A DNA stretch of 64,000 bases, taken from NCBI RefSeq assembly GCF_001194135.2, contig NC_068981.1:134459182-134523181 (forward strand). Direction: 5' to 3'. Below, piece after piece: positions 25,029-37,368 of this stretch (positions are counted from its first letter, which is position 1; each line of letters starts with the position of its first letter). The translations under genes were made by a program, and so were the position numbers. The notes beneath the pieces are model-generated. The model searched no databases and was not told the DNA's origin. It was given only the letters and a program-made list of their open reading frames with translations. Origin of the DNA: Octopus bimaculoides. Taxonomy: Eukaryota.

Positions 25029-25621
25029 GTGAATTTTCTGTTTTAATTGCACACCTCTAAGCTGTTGCATTTTACAAAATAAATAATTAAATAAATAAAT
25101 AGATAAATGAATTCAAAACACTCAGATCAGCTGTATTCTAGGGTTAATTATCAGAGAGATGAATAAAATTAATAAAATGGTAATTTAGCTCTAAAATACT
25201 GCTTTCAGTGTTTTGATGTTTGACTCCTTTCTGACATAACCAAGAAAATATTTCAAATCTGAGGACTGCAAACCTTCAACTTATGTTTTTATGGATACAG
25301 GGGTAAGCATAGCCAGATGAACAAGAAGTTTCTTTCGCAATTAGCTGGTTTTTATGTTTGATCCTACTGCAGGGCAGGCACTTTTTGCAGGTGTCTTATA
25401 CTGTAAATGTAGCCTCAGGTCGACCAATGCTTTCGGTAGAATTTGGTATATGGAAACTGTGCAGAAGCTTGTTGTGTCTGTGTGTGTGTATGTCTGTGTC
25501 TGTGCATGCATGTATGTGTGTGTGTGTGTGTGTGTTTACCAATACTTTCACTAGAATTTGGTTGATTGGAACAGTAGATAAGCTTGTCATTGTGTGTGTT
25601 TGTCTATGTGTGTGTGTGTAT

Positions 25622-25868
25622 GTTTGTGGGATTACCTTAGGTTTCCTGTCCATAAAGGGTTTAGCTTTATGGTGTATCATCAGATCTCAAAAACCTGTTG
25701 GCCCATGACTTATTAAAAATGGAGCCCATAAAGCTAAACCTTTTATGGATGGGAAACCTAAGGTAATCCCATAAACCAGCCTTCCCCATTTTTAATATAT
25801 ACTGCTCTACATCTTAGAGTGTGGTGTGCTTCTTCTTCCAGATTTAAGCCCTTTACAAACAATTATAT
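25622..25868. mobile_element. Shorter copy of the foldback family at 11434-11893
   Basis: arms 25622-25672 and 25726-25776 are reverse complements; same sequence family. Confidence 0.75.
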
Positions 25869-25909
25869 ATGTCCAACCCATGCCTGCATGGCAGGTAGAC
25901 ATTAAATGA

Positions 25910-25957
<48 letters not shown>

Positions 25958-26349
25958 AAAAAAGAAAAAAGAACTTACTAGATCTATGAACTAAAACTTA
26001 TATTATCAAAAAAAAAAAAAAGTAACAAATTAAACTGATTAGAACTACCAGCGAAGTCATTCTTTTTCTTTTTTTTCAGATATATGCAACTGTACCAAAC
26101 ATTTCATGTATTTTCCAATACACAGACACACACACACACACACACACACATATAGTATATATACACGAATGTGCATGTGTATACATGCATATACATATAT
26201 ATACACACATGTATGTTTGCTTGTATGTATGTATTTTATGAACACATATTTATCTATATCCACATGCAGACACACATATATACATATTCATCCATGTGTT
26301 TTATTAAAATGCAACTATGTTTCAGTTAATCTTTTTTTATTAAAGATTT

Positions 26350-27604
26350 TTTGTCTTAGTGATTTAGCCACCCACAATACCAGCGAACTTATTAAAAGAA
26401 CTACTCATGACATAGTCAACTTAAATGCCATTTTGATACCCACTGGTTAACTTATATAAATAAGCAGATGGAGTAACCATGGACACTCACTTAGGACCTA
26501 TGCTTGTGGCATTGTATTTACAATAGAGAACAGATTATTACAAAAACACGAACACATAATATACTCCAGATATGTATATAAACATATTAGTTGTATTAGA
26601 TACTTAAAAATATGTTGGGAAACTAAAGGACATTTAGAGAACAACACTTCTAAAAATATTTGACATGCAGAACAATACCAATATGACTCCTTTTTTAGAC
26701 ATAGGCATACAATTCAAGAAAAACTAATGCATTACATTCATATACACCAAAGGATCAAACAAATGCTTATATAGTGAATGCCCATACAATTATGCCAATG
26801 GTAAAATCACTACTTAGAAAAGCATTCTTGTCCACAAGCAAAGTGCTAGAGAGAGAAATCCAGAATAAAGCAAATATTAACAATAGATATGCCAATAGAC
26901 TAAGTTGACTGAACTATATATGAATACAGAAACAAATACAACAAATACATCAGAAAGTATACCCATTAAAAGCACACAAATCACACATAAAATTTGTTAA
27001 TGTGAATCAAATGCATATCATTTATCAAACAGATGAACATATACTCAAAGGCCTCATAAAATGAAGCACAAAATATATCATGTCAAACTATAAATTATAA
27101 CTAATAATATGTTACGAAAGCGCCAAAGCCAGAAAACTCCTCATCAGTAACACATCACAAGCATATAAGTCTGAGAATAAGCTATGAATAATCAACATAA
27201 TCTACAAATTTGATTGGAAAAGTGGAAGTTGTAAACTTTATTACTCCAGTAGTTATACTGGACATACTAGTACAATACTCTTTATAACAAAGAGCAAACA
27301 ACTTATACCACATACTAAAAAAACAAAGATAGTAAGATACTAGTGATAGTACATACATGCTATGAAACAATTCCTCGCAAAAATAAACAAGTAATTATGG
27401 AAGTGATACTAATATCACAACACAATACAAAAATAAATGCGCAAACAACACAGCAAAAAATTAACATATGACTGCTGGCATAAAAGCCTGACAGTCAAAA
27501 TTTTGGGCAGAAAAGTCTACATGAATTTGACTTCTATAAAAGAGGCAATTCTGAAGCCAAATATGTTTCATATCCTGATGATGATACAGTGAAAGTCTAG
27601 AAAC
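26350..27604 (+). mobile_element. Decayed Penelope-like retroelement (RT and GIY-YIG endonuclease)
   Basis: QADGVTMDTHLGP, YSRYVYNI (YVDD equivalent), FLDI, NIIYKFD...YTGHTS; ends cctgatgatgatacagtgaaagtctagaaac. Confidence 0.7.
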
Positions 27605-28700
27605 ATTAATTATGGCTCTAGGAATTGTTTTCTTCTAAACAAACTACAAAAATTATGCAGATGTAGAAAAAAATCATTAATAAAGCTGAAACAGTTGTGT
27701 TTTTCATTCAGCATATATAAAAGAAAAGGCTGGTTCTCACATGCTACCATATACACATACATTATCACACACACCCATGCTATCATACATGCACACACCC
27801 ACACATTCACACAGATTCCAAGCTTTCTTTACACTCTCCTGTCTTAGAAAGCACTTTCTCATTGTCCATCTACTTCCAGTTGTTCCAAAATGTAACTACA
27901 TGTGGATTGTTGGCAATTTATTTTCCTTCTGTCTTCCTTTTCTTTTGGATTTTCCTCTGTCTCCTGTTTCTGAAGAAGAGCTTTGATTGAAACATAAAAC
28001 GCCCTTTCTTTCCTTCCCTGAGTGTCTCATTAACACTATGCTGCATGTACCACATCCTTGCATTGTTGTTTTTTTCTTGTCTTTTTTTCTCCGTTTTTTT
28101 TTTTATTAACTTTATATATGTTGGTGTGTGTGTTTGTGTGATGATAATGGCAATCCACTTGTTACAGGGGAAGACTATCACTGACCACTAAGAACACAAT
28201 GCACTTGGCTCTGCCGGTGACTAATGAGTCCAACTCTTGATAGACATACATGTCTGCAGATACTGCAGATGAAACTACCCACCATTCACTACACTAGAAA
28301 TAGATTTTCAAGAATCTCGCTTAACTTCAGTATGTAAAATGTGTTTCTTCAAAAATATCCACTCCTCCTGCACTTGTTCCCTCAATTGGTAGTGATGACA
28401 ATCATTGCTTGCCCAATTGATCTTCCATATCTCACATGTGTGTGTGTGTTTGTGCGTGCACGCACACATTCATATAAACATACATACATGTATATAAATA
28501 TACAAGCATATATAAACATACGCACACATACATTCATATAAACATACATACACGTATATATGCATGTATGCATGCATGTGTGTATGTATAATTTCAGGGC
28601 TGTACTTATTTAGCAAATGAATTGATCTGAGAGCTTGTGTTAAAACTAAAGCAGTCTCATCGTAGAAGACTCATTTTAGCCATTTAAAAGCAAACAGAAA

Positions 28701-28846
28701 CTGTTAAATTCACTTTGCATTTATTTCTTGAGGTGTCAAAATTTTTCATTGCATGACTGCAACTTGGTCCCTGACACTGCAGAACTGTGTCAGTGACCAG
28801 TCATGCAATGAAAATTCCGACACATCGAGAAAGTCGGTTTTAACAG
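28701..28846. repeat. Imperfect foldback hairpin (146 bp), possible MITE
   Basis: ctgttaaa/tttaacag, gtgtc/gacac, ttttcattgcatgactg/cagtcatgcaatgaaaa, ctgacac/gtgtcag. Confidence 0.75.
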
Positions 28847-29038
28847 CTTTTGTGTGTTTTTAGATTATATTGAGACATCACACACATACATATGCATACA
28901 CAAGTCTTTCACATTGTTTATTCACTCATTTGATTTTAATCTCTCTTCCTAGCTACTGAATGGCTACAGTTTATTGGGCAGAAGTAGTATTGACATGTAC
29001 TTGTATATTTATGTGTCGTAATCAAATCATGAAGAAAA

Positions 29039-29179
29039 TTAGATTTCTTGTATGTCTTTCTCTGTGTGTGATTTTTGTTGTTGCTGGTTTTCTTTGAGAT
29101 GGTAGTAGGCAATGTCCATAACTTTTGCAATTCCTCCCTGACCATTGAAATTGATGTGAGTTTTGCCCAACCCAAACAT
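29039..29179 (-). CDS. Candidate short ORF or terminal exon, MFGLGKTHINFNGQGGIAKVMDIAYYHLKENQQQQKSHTEKDIQEI
   Basis: lies just downstream of a poly-T + ctatag acceptor; protein-like composition; unidentified. Confidence 0.2.
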   Translation of the reverse strand: MFGLGKTHINFNGQGGIAKVMDIAYYHLKENQQQQKSHTEKDIQEI

Positions 29180-30659
29180 CTACCTAGATAGTGTCTATAG
29201 AAAAAAAAAATGCATAGCTCTAGAATGAAGAGACTGTTAAAAGCAATTGAAGATCAGATTGTGGGTGTTAAAGGAAGTTGTATAAGATGTACCACTCAAA
29301 ATAAGCTTCAATGAAAACCACTAATGACCAGGATAATTAAATGCATATGCAAAGAAGTGAAATGTGCTCAGCACAAACTTGATTTCAGAGAAATTTGTTG
29401 TAACATTATCATCATCATCATCATCATCATCTTCATGTACAATGTGTATTTGTGAGGTTGTATACTATCTTATTTGTTATCAGGCAATGATTTATGACCA
29501 TGCTGGAGCACCATATGTTACATCTTTAAAAATTAAGATTCCTTCATAGACTGAGATTTATTTAAGAGTGGATTTGTGTAATGTTGGCTATTTTGTGAAG
29601 TTGCATTGATTTTTTTTTTTTGTGAAATTGCATTGAATTTTTTTTCTGTAATAGCTTTCTAAAATTTATTGAAGTGAAAAATTTTAAAGTAACTAAAATA
29701 TTATTATCGAAAATTTGGACAGAGGAAAGCATAACTGAACTAATGTAGTTAGCTTGTGGTATGAAGCTTATTTTTATATTTGGTCTGATTGTAGATTGGT
29801 AAAAAGATCTAGATCTGCAATAAATGTTTTAGACATTGTTGTGATTAGTTGGACCTAAGTTGGCATTATGTACCCAATGTCATCTTCCATTTTTTTTTTT
29901 TTTTTAATTGTAGTGTGTGTGATTTGAGGGTCATTTGGCAGCTAATCTTGCAGGTTGAGCAAATATGTGCCAGTTCCTTCAATAGATGTTATTTTATGTG
30001 ATTAAATTTTGATTTTCTTTTACTTTTTCCCCTTTCTTTTCTTTTTTGTATGAATATGTGCTGCTAAAATTTGGGTGCATCTAATATGCCCATGCATATT
30101 TTACGCTATCAAATATAGTAAGTAATTGGCAATTCTTTTTATTATTTCTCTGCATTGTAACCAAGATCAAAACATCTTTGAAATGGCACAGTCCACCTAG
30201 CTACAGCACGCTGCTCTGAGTGGTGAGAACACTCAAATTGTTAAGTATTTCATTAGCATGCAGTGTTGAATTCAAATTTATTTCTTCAATATGAAGAAGT
30301 AGCAGCCCTAATGCTTGACCTCCAAGGTAGATTTATCCAAACTTCTCAGTCTGTTTTGCTATTGGATCCAAATCTGGTTTTGATTTTTAGCTGTGTATGA
30401 TAGCTGATGGATTACTCAACCACTTGACATACCCAACAAAGGGGTTGCTATATAGTTACTCAACCTATTAGAAATAGCAACTAAACTTCCCTCAGTTCAC
30501 TATCTTTTTTTGATAGAAGGATACATTAGTTAATGTAGTCTCAGATATACTAATCTCTAAAAAATAAAGACAAGATGATCATGGCTTGAACACCATTAAT
30601 CATTGGTCTGCTCAATCAGAGTTGAGCTGACATGGGGCTAAACTATTACAACAACAACA

Positions 30660-30805
30660 GCATCTACTAAATTCACTCACAAGGTATTGATTGGCATGGA
30701 GCTATAGTAGAAGACACTTGCTAAAGTACTGCATAGTAGAACTGAACTGAAAACAACATGGTTGCAAAGAAAGCTTTTTAACCACACAACTAAGCCTGTA
30801 TCTAT
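30660..30805 (-). mobile_element. SINE family A head and core
   Basis: ctactaaattcactcacaagg...aaccacacaactaagcctg. Confidence 0.7.
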
Positions 30806-31564
30806 AAAAGAAAAAAAATGTTTTTATCAGTTAACCAGAAGGGTACTGCTTGTTACCTATTTTCCTGGTTTCCAAGACGATAGGAGGAATGGAGTAAACT
30901 ATTTTTAGATAGAAATATTCTTTACAATTGACTGGATTCTGCTAATATCACCCTCAGAGCAGGTGGTTGTGTTTAATAGGGCAACAAGTTATGTCCACCT
31001 TGTACTGTTCACCCAAAAGGTTCCCACAGTTTTCATCGATACAGTTTTGTTCATTAGGTTCAGATTAACTCATGGCTATAAGAGAAAAATTTATCAATAT
31101 GCTACATAATATATTTGAACCACAGCCATGGCATCACCCATAATGAAATAGATTAAACAACAAATTAATTGTTGAGGCTTAAACTTCATTAACATGAATT
31201 TGAGACAGTAATAAGCAGCAGACTCATCAGTGAGCTTCTTGCTCTTTTGTTTTCTGTATCAAATTTATAACTATGATGCCTAATATCATTTAGTTCAAAG
31301 CAACTTTGTGGGCTTTTGTTTCTTAATCTTAATTTAAATACAACAAGCATTATAGAAGGGTGTTCTTGAAGATTATTATTATTATTATTTTACTTCTCAG
31401 AGCTCTTGGTCTTACTAGCTCTGGTTGATTCTATGAGAGCAGACAACAACCTTTTGTCAGAGGTCTCACGGAGTCTCTTTTCACAAATTCTAAGCTTTGG
31501 TATTTGGATGTTAACTTATCGTGGAAGACACTCAACACCCAAGCACTAATCTCTTTACCCATCA

Positions 31565-31713
31565 CTATGTTCTGAGCTCAAATTCCGCTGAGGTCGACTT
31601 TGCCTTTCATCCTTTTGGGGTTGATAAATTAAGTACCAGTTGAGTACTGGGGGGGTCATTGTAATGGACTACCCCTCCCCTACATTTCTGGCCTTGTGCC
31701 GATAGTAGAAAGG

Positions 31714-31757
<44 letters not shown>
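31565..31757 (+). mobile_element. 5'-truncated SINE family B with long (ATT)n tail
   Basis: ttctgagctcaaattccgctgaggtcgactttgcc...gtagaaaggattatt(att)n. Confidence 0.85.
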
Positions 31758-32680
31758 CTTGCATACTTAGCTTGTTACTGAAAGTGTCATTAATGTACTA
31801 GCTTTGACTTCCTGTGAACTAAGGTGGCATGTTCTTTTTAAGTCTTGATGACTTTGCAAGGACTCCTTGCACTGTCAAGTAAAGATGTTTTCTGAATGTG
31901 CTCTATTTTCATTTTTAGTTCTATCTTTTCCAACCACTTTTAAATTTCTTTGCCTATCATAGTTAGAGCACCAACAATTATTGGCACAATACTTACCTTT
32001 TCTATTGACTATAGTTTTTTTTAATTTCTCTTTTCAGTGCTTCATATCTCTTATGTTTTCTTTTTTCTTTTCAACAATTCTGCTGTCCCTAGGGCACATA
32101 TTGTCTATTATCAGGCTCAATTTTTCTCTGTTGTCTACCAGCACAATATCAGGTTTTTTAATGTTCAGTTCCATAATCACTTTGGATCATGTAGTTTCAA
32201 AGTTTCTTTGCTGTAATTTTGTATCACACTCTTACAATTTTCTTGCCTTTACCAATATCAATTTGTTACTGGCTTCCCAGTGAACTATTTATTCTGGTAA
32301 CATTGTCATGCCTTATTTTGTATTCTCTCTGAGCCAATTTGCTGCATTTGCTTAAAATATGTCATTCTGTTTCCAGTTTCACCATACATTCTGTATTTAT
32401 TAGATTCTGTAGAATGATCAATTCTATGCTTGTCCTCTACACTTGTTCCTATGCTGCACATATCAATGTCTCTATTTCAAGTTTCAGATCACCGTTTTGT
32501 AATTATATATTCATCTTTATCTGAGTCTGTGTCCTTTGGTATCCTTCTCAAAAACTGTCCAGGCATTTTCTTATCTTTCCAGTTGTTTCCCATCTTAGTT
32601 TCTGTCTTTATTTTGTATTTCATTTTGTCCTGACTGCTCTCTGTAGTAGCCCTGCCTTTACTGCAGCATTTGTTAGTGAC
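31758..32680 (-). mobile_element. Older, diverged R4/Dong-like LINE 3' part (pre-knuckle region, CCHC knuckle, RLE)
   Basis: WKDKKMPGQF, GDLKLEIETLICAA.EQ, KCSKLAQREYKIRHDN, KPDIVLVD...IID, VPIIVGAL, IQKTSLL; many stops. Confidence 0.75.
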
Positions 32681-33738
32681 TCTTCAAAGAAAACAATAAA
32701 TAGTTTCAAGAATTTATGAATTAACCACTTAAAGTTAATTTATGTGTTTAGTGGGGAAGGACCACTATACTCGAAATTATATTGAATATTGTGAGTTTGG
32801 ATGTGCAAGTGAATAACTTGTGCTATAGTTACTTTAATTATAAGGATCTTCTGGGAACTTATTGCTCAACTAGAATTTTTCAAAGCCACCTACAACTTTG
32901 TCAGTTTGATGAATCAAACCAAGGGTCTCCTTTGATTATTCCCTGGAAAGAGGCACTTGATTCAAGATTATAGCAAGTGACTGTAGTAGACCATAAAGAT
33001 TATGGTCTTATTGAAATTAATACACTAAGTATCGATAGCCCATGACTAATTAAGTCTATTGTGCCAAAATTATAAGGCCAGAGTTAAATTACTAGAAAAT
33101 GTGTATCCTCTATTTTATCAAAAATACCTTTTTCATCTTATTTTAATTAGTGAATCTCATAACCTGCTACTTCATATTTTTCAACTAGTAGTTTGTGAAG
33201 TTATGAAAAAAATGATGGATATGTTAAACACAGCATATCACTACATATTCCAAATAGTTTGTCTACAACTATATTTATTCTGTTTAATATAGTGTTTTGG
33301 CTTTTGTTTTACTTTTTTTTAACATTTCCTGATTTGTTAAGCTTTTCCTGCCTTTTGCATCTTTTTTGTTTTTGTTTTTTGTTTTTCATATTTGTTTTCT
33401 TTAAACACATTTTCTGCTTCCTCCTCCTCCTCCTCCTTTTTGCTTGTACATCTCAGTCTATTTCAAATTTGCATTTTATTTGTTTAATACAGTGCTTATG
33501 TAAACTTACTCTCCCATACTTCCTTCTACTTAAAATACTTAAAGTTGATTGGAGATAAATTAAGCTTTTCTTTTTTTTATATTCTCTTCCTTAATTTAAA
33601 CTTATACCTTTTTCTATGACTAATTCAAACAGATTATTTGTTTATTGATCCAAGGTAAAGGTAAAGTTAATTTTGATAAATCTTAATTGTAACACCACAA
33701 GACTTTTAAGTAGTATTAAGCAGCTATCTTACCAATTC

Positions 33739-33888
33739 GGTTGTTTCTCATGAAAATTGCATTGTGCAAATCTTCTATTTTCTTGTTCTCTGCTCTCATT
33801 TCTTCTTAACTTTGGTTGTTTCTCATGAAAATTGCATTGTGCATATCTTCTATTTTTTTGTTCTCTGCTCTCATTTCTTCTTGACTTT
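33739..33888. repeat. 75-bp direct tandem duplication
   Basis: ggttgtttctcatgaaaattgcattgtgca...ttcttcttaacttt repeated with period 75. Confidence 0.95.
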
Positions 33889-34515
33889 TGCTAAGGTGTA
33901 TGGTTATTTTAGAAACCTATTTGCATACTAATAAGTGCAGTTAACATTTAATTTGTTCTATTCTTGAAAACTGGAGTAATATATTCACTACAAATACTAA
34001 AGGCACTATTTATATCTGTAGTTCTTTACAGTATTGTATTAACAGAAGCCTATTTGTATCAGATGAGATATGGTCATATGATTCTTGCTTTTAAAGATCT
34101 TAATATTGAATAGCAAAAGTTATTATATATCTAATTAGAACTTTTTCTTAAGTCCCCTTATTACTTGATAAAGTTTATAAACAAATCCTTTTTATGTGCT
34201 GAAAGAGAATCTACTGAAGATCAATTTTGAAGTTTTATATTACAAGCATGAAATCTTTTGGATAAAACAGTTAAAGATAAACCATTCTACATGAGAATGA
34301 AAAACCAGTAGTTACTTGAAGTGCAAGAAATAGTACTCATATCTCTTTCAAACTACTATCCTACCAGCTTTAAAAATGGAGGACACACTGGATAATGTAG
34401 TCCCAGATGTAAAAGAAATCTACAGGATAGTCATGGTTAGAATGCCTTTGATCCTAAACCTGATCAATCAAAGCTGATTTGGGACTAAAACATCACTAGA
34501 AAATGGATGCCTGTA

Positions 34516-34867
34516 AAAGGATAAAGACCCCCTTCAGTGATAAATGGCCATGGGATTGCACCTAGAAAGTGTTGTCATCCCCCTAACCCTAACTCCCCCC
34601 CGGGCACAAGTTCAGGGGAGGTTGTTTATGGAAGACCAGCGGTTGCCCATGTATACCAGTCTCCCCTCTCTATGTCACTGATGTTATCTAAGGGAAAGGA
34701 AAAGGCTGATACAGCTTGGCACTAGTGACATCACAATTCATTTCTACAGCTGAGTGAACTGGAGCAACATGAAATAAAGTGTCTTGCTCAAGGACACAAC
34801 ACACAGAAATCAAACTCACTACCTCATGATTGTGAGTCCAATGCTGTAACCACTGAGCCATGCACCT
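34516..34867 (-). mobile_element. SINE family C, full length
   Basis: reverse complement of 6338-6670. Confidence 0.85.
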
Positions 34868-35029
34868 ACAGATGTATAATTACACAATATGTCCTTTACA
34901 CTTAACCATTTCAGCACCAAGCTACCTGAGACCACCACTAGTTCGATGATACAAACTTTCTGTTTAAAGTAACCTAAATTAAAATTTTCCATTACAATTT
35001 CATGCTAATATTTTTTTTTCCTGGAAGGT

Positions 35030-35445
35030 CTAACACCCAACTTTGGGATTAAAAACTATACCAATCACCAGACTAAATGTCACTACATTGTACCAAAGAT
35101 CCCACCCTCTCCATTTAGAGTAAGGGCCCAATATTGTAAGAGCTTAGTGTTCAAAGGATCCCAATTCCACAATGCTTGTCAAAAGCCTCAAAGATCTACA
35201 AGGAGTAGATGTGGATGTGTTCAAAGAACAATTAGACAACTTTTTATCTGATAAATTAAATGAACACACATCATAGCAAGAAACACTACAAAAAACAACT
35301 CTGTCCAGCTCACTACTTCATCAGGACTGATTCCAAAGATAGGATTGGGAAACATGTCTTAAATAAGCAAGCATTAATGTAGTGACAGTACCCCAGCATG
35401 GCCACAGCTTCTGGCTGAAACAAATTATAGAATAGAATAGAATAC
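35030..35445 (+). mobile_element. CR1-like LINE 3' end
   Basis: LEGLTPNFGI...VPKIP...FKG.Q...DLQGVDVDVFKEQLDNFLSD; 3' UTR gtaccccagcatggccacagc...gctgaaac and (AGAAT)n tail. Confidence 0.6.
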
Positions 35446-36089
35446 ACCATTTTAATAATAGCAAAATTCTTTTGTTAAATACTTCAATGTTTCTCAGTTA
35501 CTCAGAATATTTTCATAGAAAGGGCTACAAAAGGGTTAAGCATAGTGAATCACGTTGTAAGACGCATTCTTATGTTAGAAGTTTGGCAACAATAAATAGA
35601 TGGAATTGTATTTTAGAAATGATTTATAAAAATTAAATATAGAAAATTTAGTAAATTTTTATGGTCCACTGAATTCATTACTAAAATGTCATATTTTCTA
35701 TTTAGTAATTTGCTTAAGTAATCAAGAGCACAAATTATTTATGTATCAACCAACAGTTGAAATATTTTTATATTACTTACCTATCTTCAAACACTGTATG
35801 TTTTAACTTTGTCTTTAAAGAGACAACAACGGAACCTCTTCATGATCAATCGACTTGTTAGAAATTACAGCTAAATATCCCTCAAATTACATCCTACTGT
35901 CTTAAAAGAAGGAAAGGACACATTAGGTAGTGTAGACATTCATACTCTTTAAATAGACAGTATGTTTACAGCAGGAATTATTGATCATAGGTTCGCTTGA
36001 TCATAGCTGACTTTTGGCTAAACAAGCAGGCCTATAACTGACAATAATGGCATTTTTTTCTTATTAATTATTAATTACTAAATTAGTCA

Positions 36090-36280
36090 GTAAGCAAAAT
36101 TGTTGAAGTATGGAACAGTTTTCTTACATTCTGAGTTCAAATCTTGCTGAGGTCAACTTTGCTTTTTTCCTTTTCAGGCTGATAAAATAAAATAGAGTCA
36201 AGTACTAGAAGTCAATGGCATCAACTAACACTCTACCGTTAAAATTGCTGGCCTTATGCCTAAATCAGAAGCCATTAATT
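36090..36280 (+). mobile_element. SINE family B (degraded)
   Basis: ttctgagttcaaatcttgctgaggtcaactttgc. Confidence 0.65.
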
Positions 36281-36495
36281 ATTAAATTATGAATTAGAGT
36301 TGACACTTATTCAATTTAAGCAGAACAGGCTCTTAGTGCATTGTACCTTTCTAAAGCAATATATAATCCTTTCTTTCGAAGAGCATAGGCTCAAAATGTA
36401 AAAGACTTTTCCATTTTTCTCGAGTGTTAAACTAATACACTTGCTTGTTGTTCTTACATCAGTCTTCATTTTTTGTTTTCTGTAAATTTGAACTA

Positions 36496-36830
36496 CCATC
36501 ATTTAACATCCATTGTCCATGCTGGTATGGGTTGGACAGTTTGACCAGGTGTGGCCAGCTGGAAGGTTACACCAGACTCCAGCCTGATTTGGCATGGTTT
36601 CTATGGCTGGATCCATTTCCTAATGCCAACCACTCCGAGAGTGTAATGGGCACTTTTACATGTCACCGGCACAGGTGACATTTGTGTGACGCCGGTATCT
36701 GCCATAACTTTGATTTTGCTCAGCTTGACAGGTCAGTCATTGTCTCCATGAAGCCCAATGCTCAGAAGGTGCTTTTTATATGCCGCCAACATGGGTGCCA
36801 GTTACGTGACACCAGCATCAGCCATGACTA
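36496..36830 (-). mobile_element. RTE-tail repeat
   Basis: catcatttaacatccattgtccatgctgg...ctaatgccaaccactccgagagtg. Confidence 0.75.
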
Positions 36831-36908
36831 TGATATATGTATATATATATAATATGGGTGGCTAATTTGCAATTTTACAACCTAAAGGCAGATGTATATA
36901 TTTCTGCT

Positions 36909-36913
<5 letters not shown>

Positions 36914-36990
<77 letters not shown>
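36914..36990. repeat. (TA)n microsatellite
   Basis: direct inspection. Confidence 0.95.
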
Positions 36991-36992
<2 letters not shown>

Positions 36993-37368
36993 TGCAGGCA
37001 TGGCTGTGTAGTAAGAAGCTTACTTCCCAACCACGTGGTTCCAGGTTCAGTCCCACTGCATGGCACCTTGGGCAAGTGTCTTCTACTATAACCTCAGGCT
37101 GACCAAAGCCTTGTGAGTGGATTTGGTAGACAGAAACTGAAAGAAGTGTGTGATATATATATATATTATATGTTTGTATGTTTGTCCCCCCACCATCGCT
37201 TGACAACCGATGGTGTGTATATGCCCCTGTAAGTTAGCAGTTTGGCAAAAGAGACCAATAAAATAAGTACTAGGCTTACAAAGAATAAATCCTGGTGTTG
37301 AGTCATTCAACTAAAGGCAGTGCTCCAGCATGGCCATGGTCAAATAACAGACAAGTAAAAGTAAAAGA
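36991..37368 (+). mobile_element. Full-length SINE A1
   Basis: ggcatggctgtgtagtaagaagc...ggcagtgctccagcatggccatggtcaaataacagacaagtaaaagtaaaagag. Confidence 0.9.

Noticed and set aside
30201-30269. LQHAALSGENTQIVKYFISMQC resembles an ankyrin repeat
   Set aside because: A single short match bounded by stops, with no neighbouring repeats.
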